Shown one piece after another: positions 26,377-36,673 of a stretch of 56,685 nucleotides of DNA. Source of the DNA: a bacterium (GTDB lineage Bacteria; Verrucomicrobiota; Kiritimatiellia; RFP12; UBA1067); contig JBAXCC010000001.1 in NCBI GenBank assembly GCA_037141675.1, positions 1 through 56,685 on the forward strand. Reading direction: 5' to 3'. A model generated the notes under the pieces. The model saw only the letters and a program-made list of their open reading frames with translations, was not told the DNA's origin and searched no databases. The translations under genes were made by a program, and so were the position numbers. Each line of letters starts with the position of its first letter. The stretch's first letter is position 1.

Positions 26377-29300
26377 ATGTTATCACGTTTTTTTCTGGAT
26401 CGTCCGGTCTTTGCCTGGGTCATCGCTATCATCCTGATGGTGGCGGGTGGCTTGGCTATTTATAATCTTCCTATCGCGCAGTATCCGCCTATTGCGCCTC
26501 CTTCCATCTCCATTACCGCCTTCTATCCAGGAGCGTCGGCGGAGACAGTGGAGAACAGCGTGACGCAGATCATCGAGCAGAAGATGACCGGCTTCGACAA
26601 GATGCTCTATATTTCTGCCAGCAGCGATTCAGCGGGTGCCGCCCGTATTGACCTGACCTTCTCGCCAGGGACTGATCCGGACCTCGCCTGGGCGCAAGTT
26701 CAGAACAAACTCCAGCTCGCGATGGCGAACTTGCCGGCGGTGGTACAGAATCAAGGCGTGAAGGTGAGCAAGTCCACTCGTAACTACCTGTTGATCGTAG
26801 GGCTGGTCTCGCCGGATGCAACGATGGATGGCAATGACCTGCGGGATTATGCCCAGTCCAATCTCGAGAAGGTGCTTTCGCGTGTGCCGGGCGTAGGCGA
26901 AGTTGAGGTTTTCGGCAGCCAGTATTCCATGCGTATCTGGCTGAATCCTGAGCGCTTGACCCAGTATCAGATGACCATTCAGGATGTGATCCTGGGGTTG
27001 CGGGCTTACAACGTGGAGATTTCAGCAGGACAGTTCGGCGGAGCGCCTGCAGTGGCTGGGCAGAGACTGAACGCCTCCATCATTGTTCAAAGTTTGCTCA
27101 AGACACCGGATGAGTTCGCGGCCATTCCGTTGCGTACCAATCCGGACGGTTCCGTTGTGCGGGTCAAGGATGTGGGACGCGCTGAACTTGGGACCGAGTC
27201 ATACGATGTCGAAGCCTACTTTAATGGTAAACCTGCGGCTGCTTTGGCGATCCGCCAGTCAGCTGGAGCCAATGCGCTCTCCACGGCGAATGCCATCCGC
27301 GCCAAGCTCGAGGAGATGAGCCAGTTCTTTCCTGCGGGCATGAAGGTCGTTTATCCTTACGATACGACCCCGTTTGTGCGAGTCGCGATCCGCGAAGTGG
27401 TGAAGACACTTTTCGAAGCCATCCTGCTGGTCTTTTTAGTGATGTACCTCTTCATGGGCAATATGCGCGCCACGTTGATTCCAACCATTGCTGTGCCCGT
27501 GGTGATCTTGGGGACGTTTGCGGTGCTTGGATTTTTTGGTTTTTCAATCAACATGCTGACTATGTTCGCGATGGTGTTGGCCATTGGACTCCTGGTGGAC
27601 GATGCCATTGTGGTTGTGGAAAACGTGGAACGGCTGATGAGCGAGCAGGGGCTTTCACCCTTTGATGCGACGCGGAAATCAATGGACCAGATCACCAGCG
27701 CCTTGATCGGCATCGGACTGGTGCTCTCGGCGGTCTTTGGTCCCATGGCCTTCTTTGCCGGTTCCACAGGCGTCATTTACCGTCAATTCTCTGTAACTAT
27801 CATTGCATCCATGCTTCTTTCCGTGGTTGTGGCGTTGGTCTTGACGCCGGTGTTGTGTGTCGCGTTTCTGAGACCGGTGCCGAAGGGGCATGAAGCGTCT
27901 GAGTCGGGTGTCTGGTTCATGCGGCCCTTCTTCCGCTGGTTCGATCACCTCTTTTTTCGCTTTAGAGACACGTATGTGGGAGTGGTCGGACACTCCCTCG
28001 TACGCAAGCCCCGCTATGTGATCCTCTTTGTTCTGATCGTTGTCGTCATGGGCTTTCTGTTCAAGCGGATGCCCTCGGCGTACCTTCCTGATGAAGACCA
28101 AGGAATTCTTATGGCTCAGGCTTTGTTGCCTGGAAACTCGACTTTGGAACAGACCAAGAAGGTCATGGAGGTCGTGCGGGATCATTTTCTGGTGAACGAG
28201 AAGGATTCTGTTGAAGGAATTATGACAGTCTCGGGCCGTGCATTCTCAGGGAGCGGTCAAAATGCAGGCTTGGCTTTCATCAAGCTGAGAGACTGGGACC
28301 TCCGTCCGCGCGCAGATCAAAAAGCTTTTGCCGTGGCTGGACGAGCCATGGGCGCGTTTTCCCAAATTCGCAATGCCATGGTCTTTGCCTTTGCCCCGCC
28401 TGCAGTGATCGAACTGGGTATGGCAAAGGGGTTTGACTTCCAATTGCTAGATCGCGGCGGTTTGGGGCATGCTAAACTGATGGAGACTCGCAACCAGCTT
28501 CTCGGCATGGCTGCACAGAATCCGGTGTTGGCCAAGGTGCGTCCCAACGGCTTAGAGGACGTTCCTGAGTACCGGGTTGACGTGGACTGGGAGAAGGCAG
28601 GTGCCATGGGTGCGCCCATTAGTTCGATTCACAACACAATTTCTGCGGCCTTCGGCAGTGCGTATGTCAACGACTTCATTCAAGGCGGACGCGTGAAGCG
28701 CGTCTATGTCCAAGCAGATGCGCCTTATCGTATGTCGCCGAATGATCTTGAGAAGCTCTATGTGCGCAACACCACAGGCAAGATGGTTCCCTTCTCCTCC
28801 TTCGCATCCGGGCATTGGACGTCCGGTTCTCCCAGGTTGGAGCGCTTCAACGGTTTCCCGTCCCTCAACATTCAAGGCGAATCTGCGCCAGGGAGGAGTT
28901 CGGGTGAAGCCATGCAGACCATGGAAGGGTTTGTGAAGAAATTGCCCCAAGGGATTGGTTTTGACTGGACAGGACTTTCGTATCAGGAACGGCAGGCTGG
29001 CTCTCAAGCGGCTCCGCTCTATGCCTTCTCGATCTTGGTTATCTTCCTCTGTTTGGCAGCGCTCTACGAGAGCTGGCCCATCCCCGTTTCGATCTTGCTC
29101 GCCTTGCCCTTAGGCGTGATCGGCGGTGTGATCGGCTCGACGCTTCGAGGACTGCCCAATGACGTCTACTTCCAGATTGGGCTGCTGACCACTCTTGGCT
29201 TGACGACTAAAAACGCCATCCTGATCGTGCAGTTCGCCAAGACGCGCGTGGATGAGGGCATGGGCATGACCGAGGCGACGCTGGAAGCTGCAAAGCTGCG

Positions 29301-29550
29301 GTTGCGTCCGATTATCATGACCTCCTTGGCCTTTGGCTTTGGCGTGATGCCTCTGGCCTTTGCAAATGGCGCCGGTGCTGGTGCGCAGAAGGCTATCGGC
29401 ACTGCTGTCTTGGGCGGCGTTGTGACATCTACATTTTTAGTGACCCTCTTTGCTCCTCTCTTCTTTGTGATGATTGAGAAGACATTTAGCAAGCGCAACA
29501 AGAATAACCAAACCAAAGTTACAGAAGAACATTCATCTGGAAATCACTAA
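26377..29550 (+). CDS. RND multidrug efflux permease (AcrB/MexB-like, HAE1)
   Basis: 1057 aa with N-terminus MLSRFFLDRPVFAWVIAIILM...PIAQYPPIAPP and a 12-TM architecture typical of AcrB. Confidence 0.95.
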   Translation: MLSRFFLDRPVFAWVIAIILMVAGGLAIYNLPIAQYPPIAPPSISITAFYPGASAETVENSVTQIIEQKMTGFDKMLYISASSDSAGAARIDLTFSPGTDPDLAWAQVQNKLQLAMANLPAVVQNQGVKVSKSTRNYLLIVGLVSPDATMDGNDLRDYAQSNLEKVLSRVPGVGEVEVFGSQYSMRIWLNPERLTQYQMTIQDVILGLRAYNVEISAGQFGGAPAVAGQRLNASIIVQSLLKTPDEFAAIPLRTNPDGSVVRVKDVGRAELGTESYDVEAYFNGKPAAALAIRQSAGANALSTANAIRAKLEEMSQFFPAGMKVVYPYDTTPFVRVAIREVVKTLFEAILLVFLVMYLFMGNMRATLIPTIAVPVVILGTFAVLGFFGFSINMLTMFAMVLAIGLLVDDAIVVVENVERLMSEQGLSPFDATRKSMDQITSALIGIGLVLSAVFGPMAFFAGSTGVIYRQFSVTIIASMLLSVVVALVLTPVLCVAFLRPVPKGHEASESGVWFMRPFFRWFDHLFFRFRDTYVGVVGHSLVRKPRYVILFVLIVVVMGFLFKRMPSAYLPDEDQGILMAQALLPGNSTLEQTKKVMEVVRDHFLVNEKDSVEGIMTVSGRAFSGSGQNAGLAFIKLRDWDLRPRADQKAFAVAGRAMGAFSQIRNAMVFAFAPPAVIELGMAKGFDFQLLDRGGLGHAKLMETRNQLLGMAAQNPVLAKVRPNGLEDVPEYRVDVDWEKAGAMGAPISSIHNTISAAFGSAYVNDFIQGGRVKRVYVQADAPYRMSPNDLEKLYVRNTTGKMVPFSSFASGHWTSGSPRLERFNGFPSLNIQGESAPGRSSGEAMQTMEGFVKKLPQGIGFDWTGLSYQERQAGSQAAPLYAFSILVIFLCLAALYESWPIPVSILLALPLGVIGGVIGSTLRGLPNDVYFQIGLLTTLGLTTKNAILIVQFAKTRVDEGMGMTEATLEAAKLRLRPIIMTSLAFGFGVMPLAFANGAGAGAQKAIGTAVLGGVVTSTFLVTLFAPLFFVMIEKTFSKRNKNNQTKVTEEHSSGNH

Positions 29551-29551
29551 C

Positions 29552-30964
29552 ATGAAACACTCCATCATCCTTCCCTTACTCGGAATAGCCCTTCTCCCGA
29601 TGGGCTGCACAATGGCTCCGAACTATACGCGGCCAAACGCTCCGGTCCCTGCTGCGTGGCCGGTTGGTGCGGCCTACGCTGAATCTGCAACCACGACAAA
29701 CACAGGTGTAGTCGCAGATTTGGGCTGGGAGGAATTTTTCACCGACGAGAAACTCCGTCACGTCATCGCTGCGTCACTCACGAACAATCTCGATCTGCGA
29801 GGCGCAGCCTTGAATGTCGAGCTGGCTCGTGCGATATACGGTATCCAGCGCGCTAGCCTGTTGCCGACCTTCGGCTTGGGAGCAAGCGAAAGCAAAGCAG
29901 GCATACCTGCTGATCTCTCCTCCTCTGGCAGCCGGATGACGACCACGCGCTATGATGCCAATCTCGGTATCGCAGCGTGGGAGATCGATTTCTTCGGCCG
30001 TATCCGTAGCTTGAAGGATCGCGCCTTGAATGAGTACCTAGCTACAGAACAGGCTCGTCGCAGTGCGCAGATCCTGTTGATCTCTACGGTTGCAGAGACC
30101 TATCTTGCTCTCGCAGCGGATCGGGAAAATCTGCAACTGGCTGAAACCACGTTGAAGTCGCAAATGGACGCCTACGCCTTGATAAAACATCGCTATGAAC
30201 TCGGCGTGGTGAACGAACTGGACCTCTACCGCGCCCAGACTCAGGTGGATACTGCGCGGGGCGATGTCGCTGCATTCAAGCAACGCGTTGCGCAGGATCA
30301 GAATGCAATGAACCTCCTCGCGGGTGCTCCTGTCCCAGCTGATTTGTTGCCAGCCCAGTTAGCGGAAGTCAAGCAACCGCAAGAGATCCAATCAGGCATC
30401 GCCTCCGAAGTTCTTTTGAGTAGACCCGATGTGTTACAGTCCGAGGATATGCTTAAAGCCGCTAACGCAGATATCGGCGCTGCGCGTGCTGCTTTCTTCC
30501 CGCGCATTTCATTGACGACCGCAATTGGTACAGCCAGCAGTGAACTCTCCGGACTCTTTATGGCGGGATCAGGTGCCTGGATGTATGCCCCGCAGATCAT
30601 CATGCCGATTTTTGATGCGCGTACATGGTCTGCTCTCACGGCCGCCAAAGCCCAACAGAAGATTGCTCTGAACCAATACGAAAAAAACATTCAAGGTGCA
30701 TTCAGGGAAGTGGCCGATACGCTGGCGGTGCGCGGCACTGTGAGCGAGCAAGTCTCAGCGCAGGAATCGTTGGTCCATGCTGTTACTGCAACACACCGGT
30801 TATCCACGTCCCGTTACGACAAGGGAATTGACAGTTACCTAAGCGTTTTGGATGCACAACGGTCGCTGTATGGTGCGCAGCAACGACTGGTCCAGCTTCG
30901 CTATTCGAAGCTCGTCAATCAGGTGCGCCTCTATGCTGTTTTAGGCGGCGGTAGCCCGAAATAA
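29552..30964 (+). CDS. Outer-membrane factor lipoprotein (NodT/OprM family)
   Basis: MKHSIILPLLGIALLPMGC lipobox and full-length OprM-like sequence. ATG lies 1 nt after the permease stop. The track extension to 29474 was rejected. Confidence 0.9.
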   Translation: MKHSIILPLLGIALLPMGCTMAPNYTRPNAPVPAAWPVGAAYAESATTTNTGVVADLGWEEFFTDEKLRHVIAASLTNNLDLRGAALNVELARAIYGIQRASLLPTFGLGASESKAGIPADLSSSGSRMTTTRYDANLGIAAWEIDFFGRIRSLKDRALNEYLATEQARRSAQILLISTVAETYLALAADRENLQLAETTLKSQMDAYALIKHRYELGVVNELDLYRAQTQVDTARGDVAAFKQRVAQDQNAMNLLAGAPVPADLLPAQLAEVKQPQEIQSGIASEVLLSRPDVLQSEDMLKAANADIGAARAAFFPRISLTTAIGTASSELSGLFMAGSGAWMYAPQIIMPIFDARTWSALTAAKAQQKIALNQYEKNIQGAFREVADTLAVRGTVSEQVSAQESLVHAVTATHRLSTSRYDKGIDSYLSVLDAQRSLYGAQQRLVQLRYSKLVNQVRLYAVLGGGSPK

Positions 30965-30972
30965 AAGAGAGT

Positions 30973-31092
30973 GGAATAATGGAATACTGGAAGGTTGGAG
31001 TATTGAAATGGAAACGTGATTGATACGGCAGACTGGTACTACCAAGTGTTCGTCTCCCCATCGTTCCGACATTCCATAAATCCATCATTCCC
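30973..31092. repeat. Inverted pair of degenerate 8-nt-period GGAA-type arrays (imperfect long hairpin)
   Basis: Left arm GGAATAAT GGAATACT GGAAGGTT GGAGTATT GAAAT GGAAACG (30973-31016). Right arm 31062-31092 is the complement type (reverse complement: GGGAATGAT GGATTTAT GGAATGTC GGAACG). 30973-30998 pairs with 31067-31092 at 20 of 26 positions. Confidence 0.7.
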
Positions 31093-31162
31093 TTGAAGTC
31101 CAGGCACGTTGTCCACATTTCCGCTTGCACCTCAATCCAAATATGATCCACTGCATCCGGAA

Positions 31163-31318
31163 ATGTCGGTACTTGAACCAGGATTTCAGCGTCGGTCGCT
31201 ATTTATGCTTGCGGGCGGGCTGATATTTATACTCGGTACGAGCGTCATGGGTGTAATCCTGTGGCGGGTGATTACTAGACTGCAAAAAGACGATGAACAG
31301 CAACCAAGGGCCGGATAG
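31163..31318 (+). CDS. Possible small single-pass membrane protein (51 aa)
   Basis: ATG at 31163 gives MSVLEPGFQRRSLFMLAGGLIFILGTSVMGVILWRVI... No clear RBS. The track ORF starts at a TTG (31109). Confidence 0.25.
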   Translation: MSVLEPGFQRRSLFMLAGGLIFILGTSVMGVILWRVITRLQKDDEQQPRAG

Positions 31319-31415
31319 TTTGGGATATTGACAGTATAGGTGGCGAGCATATACAGGAGGAGCCGAACGCCTCGCGCAATTACCAGAACTTTCCAATGAG
31401 CTACACAGTCGCCTT

Positions 31416-33074
31416 TCACATTTTGGGTCTAGCTTTCGGGCCGATGCAGCGTTGGGCCCAGGCATCATATTCGGCGGTTAGTTCTTTGACTCGTTCGGGA
31501 TATTGCTGCGACAGGTCAACGGTTTCGCAGGGATCCTTGCTTAGATCATAAAGCTCCCATGCGACCGGGGTCGGAAATTTCTTGCCGTACACCAGCTTCC
31601 AGTTTTTCTTAATAATCGCGCGGGCGCCTTCGTGCTGATAACAAAGGCTTCGGTCCGCCAATGTCCCCCCTGATTGGAAGGTGGGTGTCAGACTGACGCC
31701 TTCCATAGGTAAGATGGCCTTTTGCTGTCGTTCTTTCGGATAGGTTGCCTTCGCAAGTTCGGCTAACGTGGGCATGATGTCCATGATGTGCGCTGGATCG
31801 CGCACCCAGCGTCCAGGGTCTTTTACGCCAGACGGCCAGTGGACGATGAAGGGTGTCACCATGCCTCCTTGGTGGGTGAAATGCTTGTAGAGGCGGAATG
31901 GGGTATTGCAGAGATTGGCCCAGGCTGAGCCGTATGCCATATTCGATTTGACGCCGCCCATCGTTTTAAGCCCGTCGCCTTGATAGAGATGAGTGATGCC
32001 TTTGCGTGAACCTTCATCGAACCCGAACGGTCCCCATTCGTAGCAGGCTCCATTGTCCGAAAGGATTAGGATGATTGTGTTTTCAAAACTGCCTGCTTTT
32101 TTGAGCTGTTCAATAATGCGCCCGATGCCGTCGTCTACATGCTTGACCATGGCAGCATATAGAGCCATGCGGTGAGACAGATCTTCCCTTCGATCTTCAG
32201 GCAAGGAGTCCCAAGCCGGATTCTGTTTGCCGGCGTATCCATTCGCGATGGCATCCGTGTCCACCGGGACCAGCGAACGCTCGGTCAGCTTCCATCCGTC
32301 GTGATTGATCAGGCCTATTTCTTTCATGCGCGCAAAACGCTCTTTTCGAAGAATGTCCCAACCCTTGCGATATGTATCAATCATCGGCTTTGCCGATTCC
32401 ATGGGAGCCTGGATCGGGAAGTGCGGAGAGGAATGGGCGAGATAGAGGAACCACGGTTTTTCTTTTTTTGCAGCTTGCTGAAGGAACTCGATCGCGTAAT
32501 CAGTGAAGGCATCAGTCGCATAGAATTTTCCTTCGCTGTATTGGATCTCCTTCGTGCGTCCTGCAGGGAGCCGCAGATAGAGATCAGGGGACCACTGATC
32601 CTTGGCATATCCGTTGATGTAACCATAAAATTCCTGGAACCCCCGGGCTGTTGGAATCGCCTGCTTAGCGCCAACATGCCATTTGCCGACCCCGTAGGTC
32701 AGATAGCCAGCGTCACCCAGCACTTCTGCAAGCGTGACACATTGGTCGTTGAGTTCACCGCCCATGTTCGGAATTCCGGCTTGTCCCGGATGAAGTCCGG
32801 TCAGTAGGGAGGCGCGACTCGGACAGCACCGCGCGGAGTTCGACATTTGTGTGAAGCGAAGTCCGCCCTTGCCCAGGCTGTCGAGGTTCGGCGTCGGGAT
32901 TTCGCCGGCATAACAACCGAGGTCGCTAAATCCAAGATCATCGAAGAGCACGAGCAACACATTCGGCCGCCCCGCTGCTGCGGCGGGGAGTACGGCGAGA
33001 GCAAAGGTGAGAACCAGCGCTAAAAAAAGCAAGCTTCTGCCGGGTGGGATTATAAGAGTCCTATTTTTTTTCAT
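31416..33074 (-). CDS. Arylsulfatase (formylglycine-dependent sulfatase family)
   Basis: Signal peptide plus CxPxR motif in SARCCPSRASLLTG, and N-terminal metal-binding DDLGFSD. Confidence 0.9.
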   Translation of the reverse strand: MKKNRTLIIPPGRSLLFLALVLTFALAVLPAAAAGRPNVLLVLFDDLGFSDLGCYAGEIPTPNLDSLGKGGLRFTQMSNSARCCPSRASLLTGLHPGQAGIPNMGGELNDQCVTLAEVLGDAGYLTYGVGKWHVGAKQAIPTARGFQEFYGYINGYAKDQWSPDLYLRLPAGRTKEIQYSEGKFYATDAFTDYAIEFLQQAAKKEKPWFLYLAHSSPHFPIQAPMESAKPMIDTYRKGWDILRKERFARMKEIGLINHDGWKLTERSLVPVDTDAIANGYAGKQNPAWDSLPEDRREDLSHRMALYAAMVKHVDDGIGRIIEQLKKAGSFENTIILILSDNGACYEWGPFGFDEGSRKGITHLYQGDGLKTMGGVKSNMAYGSAWANLCNTPFRLYKHFTHQGGMVTPFIVHWPSGVKDPGRWVRDPAHIMDIMPTLAELAKATYPKERQQKAILPMEGVSLTPTFQSGGTLADRSLCYQHEGARAIIKKNWKLVYGKKFPTPVAWELYDLSKDPCETVDLSQQYPERVKELTAEYDAWAQRCIGPKARPKM

Positions 33075-33307
33075 ACAAGAGATCTCAGGTGTTTCGAGGT
33101 GTTTATTCTTTTCTTAGCATTGAACGCCGCTGGAGAGAGTTTAACGGTCTGCCAGACGTCTCAATGTACATTTGGGAGCATACATTAAAATACTCAGGAA
33201 TGTAAACATCGTAATAATAACCAACGTCCCCCTATGTTCAATCCAATAAAAAAACTGTAATCCCGTCAAACGGAGTGGAGTGCGACCTAGCCTTCTCCGA
33301 AATGAAA

Positions 33308-33339
33308 GAAAAAAAGCGACGGGAGAATCTCCCGTCGCT
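33308..33339 (-). terminator. Rho-independent terminator of the E1 alpha/beta gene
   Basis: Perfect 11-bp stem AGCGACGGGAG / CTCCCGTCGCT (33315-33325 / 33329-33339) with a 3-nt loop, followed on the minus strand by a T7 run (A-run 33309-33315 on plus). Lies 42 nt downstream of the stop at 33381. Confidence 0.8.
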
Positions 33340-33380
33340 GCAACTCTAAACAGTCCGTAATTTTAGTGTGCTTTTACTGC

Positions 33381-35681
33381 CTAGAGAAGTTGTTTGACTG
33401 CCGCGACGATGTCACGGTCATGGGGCAGGAAGGCGTCTTCCAGGGAATAGGCCTGGGGAGCGATGCCGTCCTTTGCTCCGACGCGCAGCACCGGGGCGTC
33501 GAGGGAATCGAACGCTTCCGCCATGATGCGCGAGGCGATTTCGCCCGTAAAGCTGCCGATGCCGACGCAGTGGCTTGCTACGACGCAGCGCCCGGTCTTG
33601 CGGACCGATGCTAAAATGGTCTCCATGTCCAGCGGAACGAGCGAACGGATGTCCACGACTTCAGCCGAAACATTATCCTTCGCCAGCATATCTGCCGCGC
33701 GCAGGGCATCGAAGAGCATCGGACCCCACGTCACGATCGTGACCTGTGAACCTTCACGCTTGATATCCGCCTTGCCGAGTGGAACCAAGTGTTCGCCCTG
33801 CGGTACGACGCCCTTCATATTGTACATGATTTGGGACTCCACGAACATGATCGGGTTGTTGTCGCGGATCGCGCTCTTGAGCATGCCCTTGGCATCTGCC
33901 GGGGTTGCGGGATAGACCACGTACAAACCAGGGATGTGTGCAAACATGGATTCAAGGGTCTGGGAGTGCTGTCCACCATACCCCTTGCCGCCACCGACTG
34001 AGGCGCGGTAGACGAGAGGGACTTCAATGTTCGCCCCGGACATATAATGCCACTTGGCGGCTTGATTGGAAATCTGGTCTGACGCCATGAGACCGAAGTC
34101 CATATACATCAACTCCACCACTGGACGCAGTCCTGTCATGGATGCGCCGACTGCGGTACCGCAGATGCACGCCTCAGAGATGGGCGAGTTGAAGACGCGG
34201 TCACGGCCGAAGGCTTCTGTGAGTCCCTTGGTCACCTTGAAGGCGCCGCCATACTCGGCGATATCTTCACCCCATTGGACCACGCGATTGTCACGTAGCA
34301 TTTCCTCGATAAGCGCTTCCTTGATGGCATCCTTGTAGGTCATCTGTCCGTCATCCGACCTCTTAATCACCGGCATCTCGCCAGAGACGCGGGGCACGGC
34401 ACATTCAGCAGGAACGACGTCGACAGACGTGTCGGTGTACATGTACTTGATGACATCAGCAGGATCAGGATCTTTTGACCATGCAGCCTTCGCCGCCATG
34501 CGCGCGTTGCGGTCAGCGACCTTGGCCTTCAGGTCAGCCAATTTCTTGACGGTGATGCAGCCGGCATCCAGCAGTTGCTTTTCGAAGGAGGCGATTGGGT
34601 CAACAGCCTTCCACTCGGCCTCTTCGTCCTTGGTGCGGTATTCCTGGCGGGGGTCGCCCAGGGAGTGACCGTAATTACGATAGGTGTCAAATTCGAGCAT
34701 GACAGGGCCTTCACCCTTGCGGCAAAGCTCAACTGCGCGACGCATGGCGCTCATGCACGCCATGATGTCCATGCCATTGACCACTTCGGCATGCATGTTG
34801 TTATCCGAAAAGCCTGCTGCACGGCGTGCTACGCATGCGACACCCGCGACTTCGCCGTCGATGCGGCCTGTGAAGCCATAGTGGTTGTTGATGACGGCAT
34901 AAACGATCGGAAGGCCGAAGGGGGTGTTCGTGTAGGTCTTATCCGTGAACTGGCCCATGGCTGCCCAGTTCAAGGATTCGAGCACAACGCCATTAGCGTA
35001 GGCACCGTCGCCTGCGAAACAGCAGGTCACCTTGCCAGTCTTGAAATAGCGTGAGCTCATGGCCGAACCGGTTGCGATGGGTACGCCACCTCCGACGATT
35101 GCGTTTGCACCGAGATGACCAGCCTTAAAGTCGGCAATATGCATCCCGCCACCACGCCCTTTGCAGTAGCCAGCTTCTTTGCCGAAGAGCTCCGCGATGG
35201 CACGGAAGACATGATCTTCAATCGCTTCATCCATCAGTTCTTTTTTCTTGGCTGCTTTGCACTCAGGAATACGTGACTTCAGTTCTTTCTCGCTCATGCC
35301 ACGGATTGCGACACAGCCCTTTGCAAGGGAGTCGCCATGACCTCGGTGCGTGGAGGTGATAAAATCATCATAGTTCATCGCTGCGCAACACCCGACGGCG
35401 GTTGCTTCCTGGCCGATGGAGACGTGCGTGGGGCCGCGATATTCATAGCCCTTGCAGGATTCATAAGCGCCAGTACGCAACTTGACAATCATCTCTTCGA
35501 ATTCGCGAATGATTAGCATGTCTTCCAGCACATCCACTGCTTTTGCTGCTGTGATCGTGCCAGCTTTCAATTCGTCTTTCAGTGTTCCTTTGTACTGATA
35601 CGCAGGAATCTTGCCGAGATTATAGGTTTTAGCCTTGAAATCCGGCTTCAATGTGCTGAGGTAGTTATTCGTGGTCGACAT
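33381..35681 (-). CDS. Fused thiamine-diphosphate-dependent 2-oxoacid/acetoin dehydrogenase E1 alpha + beta subunits
   Basis: 766 aa. The N-terminal half is E1-alpha-like (…THRGHG…, TPP motif GDGAYANGVVLESLN). The C-terminal half is E1-beta-like (MTYKDAIKEAL...RVFNSPISEA...). Confidence 0.85.
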   Translation of the reverse strand: MSTTNNYLSTLKPDFKAKTYNLGKIPAYQYKGTLKDELKAGTITAAKAVDVLEDMLIIREFEEMIVKLRTGAYESCKGYEYRGPTHVSIGQEATAVGCCAAMNYDDFITSTHRGHGDSLAKGCVAIRGMSEKELKSRIPECKAAKKKELMDEAIEDHVFRAIAELFGKEAGYCKGRGGGMHIADFKAGHLGANAIVGGGVPIATGSAMSSRYFKTGKVTCCFAGDGAYANGVVLESLNWAAMGQFTDKTYTNTPFGLPIVYAVINNHYGFTGRIDGEVAGVACVARRAAGFSDNNMHAEVVNGMDIMACMSAMRRAVELCRKGEGPVMLEFDTYRNYGHSLGDPRQEYRTKDEEAEWKAVDPIASFEKQLLDAGCITVKKLADLKAKVADRNARMAAKAAWSKDPDPADVIKYMYTDTSVDVVPAECAVPRVSGEMPVIKRSDDGQMTYKDAIKEALIEEMLRDNRVVQWGEDIAEYGGAFKVTKGLTEAFGRDRVFNSPISEACICGTAVGASMTGLRPVVELMYMDFGLMASDQISNQAAKWHYMSGANIEVPLVYRASVGGGKGYGGQHSQTLESMFAHIPGLYVVYPATPADAKGMLKSAIRDNNPIMFVESQIMYNMKGVVPQGEHLVPLGKADIKREGSQVTIVTWGPMLFDALRAADMLAKDNVSAEVVDIRSLVPLDMETILASVRKTGRCVVASHCVGIGSFTGEIASRIMAEAFDSLDAPVLRVGAKDGIAPQAYSLEDAFLPHDRDIVAAVKQLL

Positions 35682-35704
35682 CGCATTTCTCCTTTTTCTC
35701 GTGA

Positions 35705-36484
35705 TTAAACCAGTGTTAGTTCAACGCCTGCGCGTTTAAAAGCTTTTCGCTCATTCTGTGATAGATGGTTGTCTGTAATGACAGCAGAGCATTTATCAAG
35801 GGCTCCGAAACGTACAAAACTTGTCTTTCCAAATTTGCTGCTGTCTGTGAGCAAAATGGTGCGTGCTGCGCGCCCCATGGCATATTCTTTTGTAAATGCT
35901 TCAGCCGGATCGGTTGTGGTCAGTCCGCAGTCAACAGAGACGCCAAGCGTCCCGACAAAGGCAATATCAATGCGGACTTGGTCAAGGACGGCGCGTGTCA
36001 ACGGCCCCACCATGGTCTGGCTCAGCAACCGGCATTCGCCGCCGGTCAGAATCATTTTCGGTCCGCCATTGCTCAGGACTTGAGCCACGCGCAGGGAATT
36101 AGTGACAACCGTGACAGTGGATTGGGTTGCCAGCAACCGTGCCAAGGCTAAAACCGTGCTGCCACCATCCAGATAGACGACATCACGCGGGCGGATGAGT
36201 TTGAGTGCGCTTTCTGCGATGCGCTGCTTTTCATCTGCAGCCAACGAGGCCTTATCATCAAAGAGGGGTTCTTCATCTTTCGGGGCTGTTGCCAGCACGC
36301 CACCATGGATGCGACGAACGTCACCCCGCTTCTCCAGTTCAGCCAAATCCCGGCGGACTGTGGCAGGGGATACCTCGAGTGCTGTAACCAATTCTTCAAC
36401 GCGCAAAACATCCTTATCCTTCAGCAGATTGCAAATCTTCTGGAAACGGACTTCCGATAACTCGCGTGTGTTGATGTTGCTCAT
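35705..36484 (-). CDS. DeoR/GlpR-family transcriptional regulator
   Basis: N-terminal HTH ...VEELVTALEVSPATVRRDLAELEKRG and a C-terminal DeoR sugar-binding-like domain. ATG 36484 is preferred over GTG 36514. Confidence 0.85.
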   Translation of the reverse strand: MSNINTRELSEVRFQKICNLLKDKDVLRVEELVTALEVSPATVRRDLAELEKRGDVRRIHGGVLATAPKDEEPLFDDKASLAADEKQRIAESALKLIRPRDVVYLDGGSTVLALARLLATQSTVTVVTNSLRVAQVLSNGGPKMILTGGECRLLSQTMVGPLTRAVLDQVRIDIAFVGTLGVSVDCGLTTTDPAEAFTKEYAMGRAARTILLTDSSKFGKTSFVRFGALDKCSAVITDNHLSQNERKAFKRAGVELTLV

Positions 36485-36673
36485 TCGTGATTGGTTTTGG
36501 TTGAAAACGAGCACATTTAATCAAAAACGATCACAATATGCAAGCGTAAAATGAGGGAGTGAAACAGGAAACTTGGACAAGTGAGGATAAACGAAGAGGT
36601 AACAGATTTCTCACAGCGCACTGAGGGAAGTTGTTTTTCGGATGCTAAAACAATAGCCCCAAAACCCCGAATC

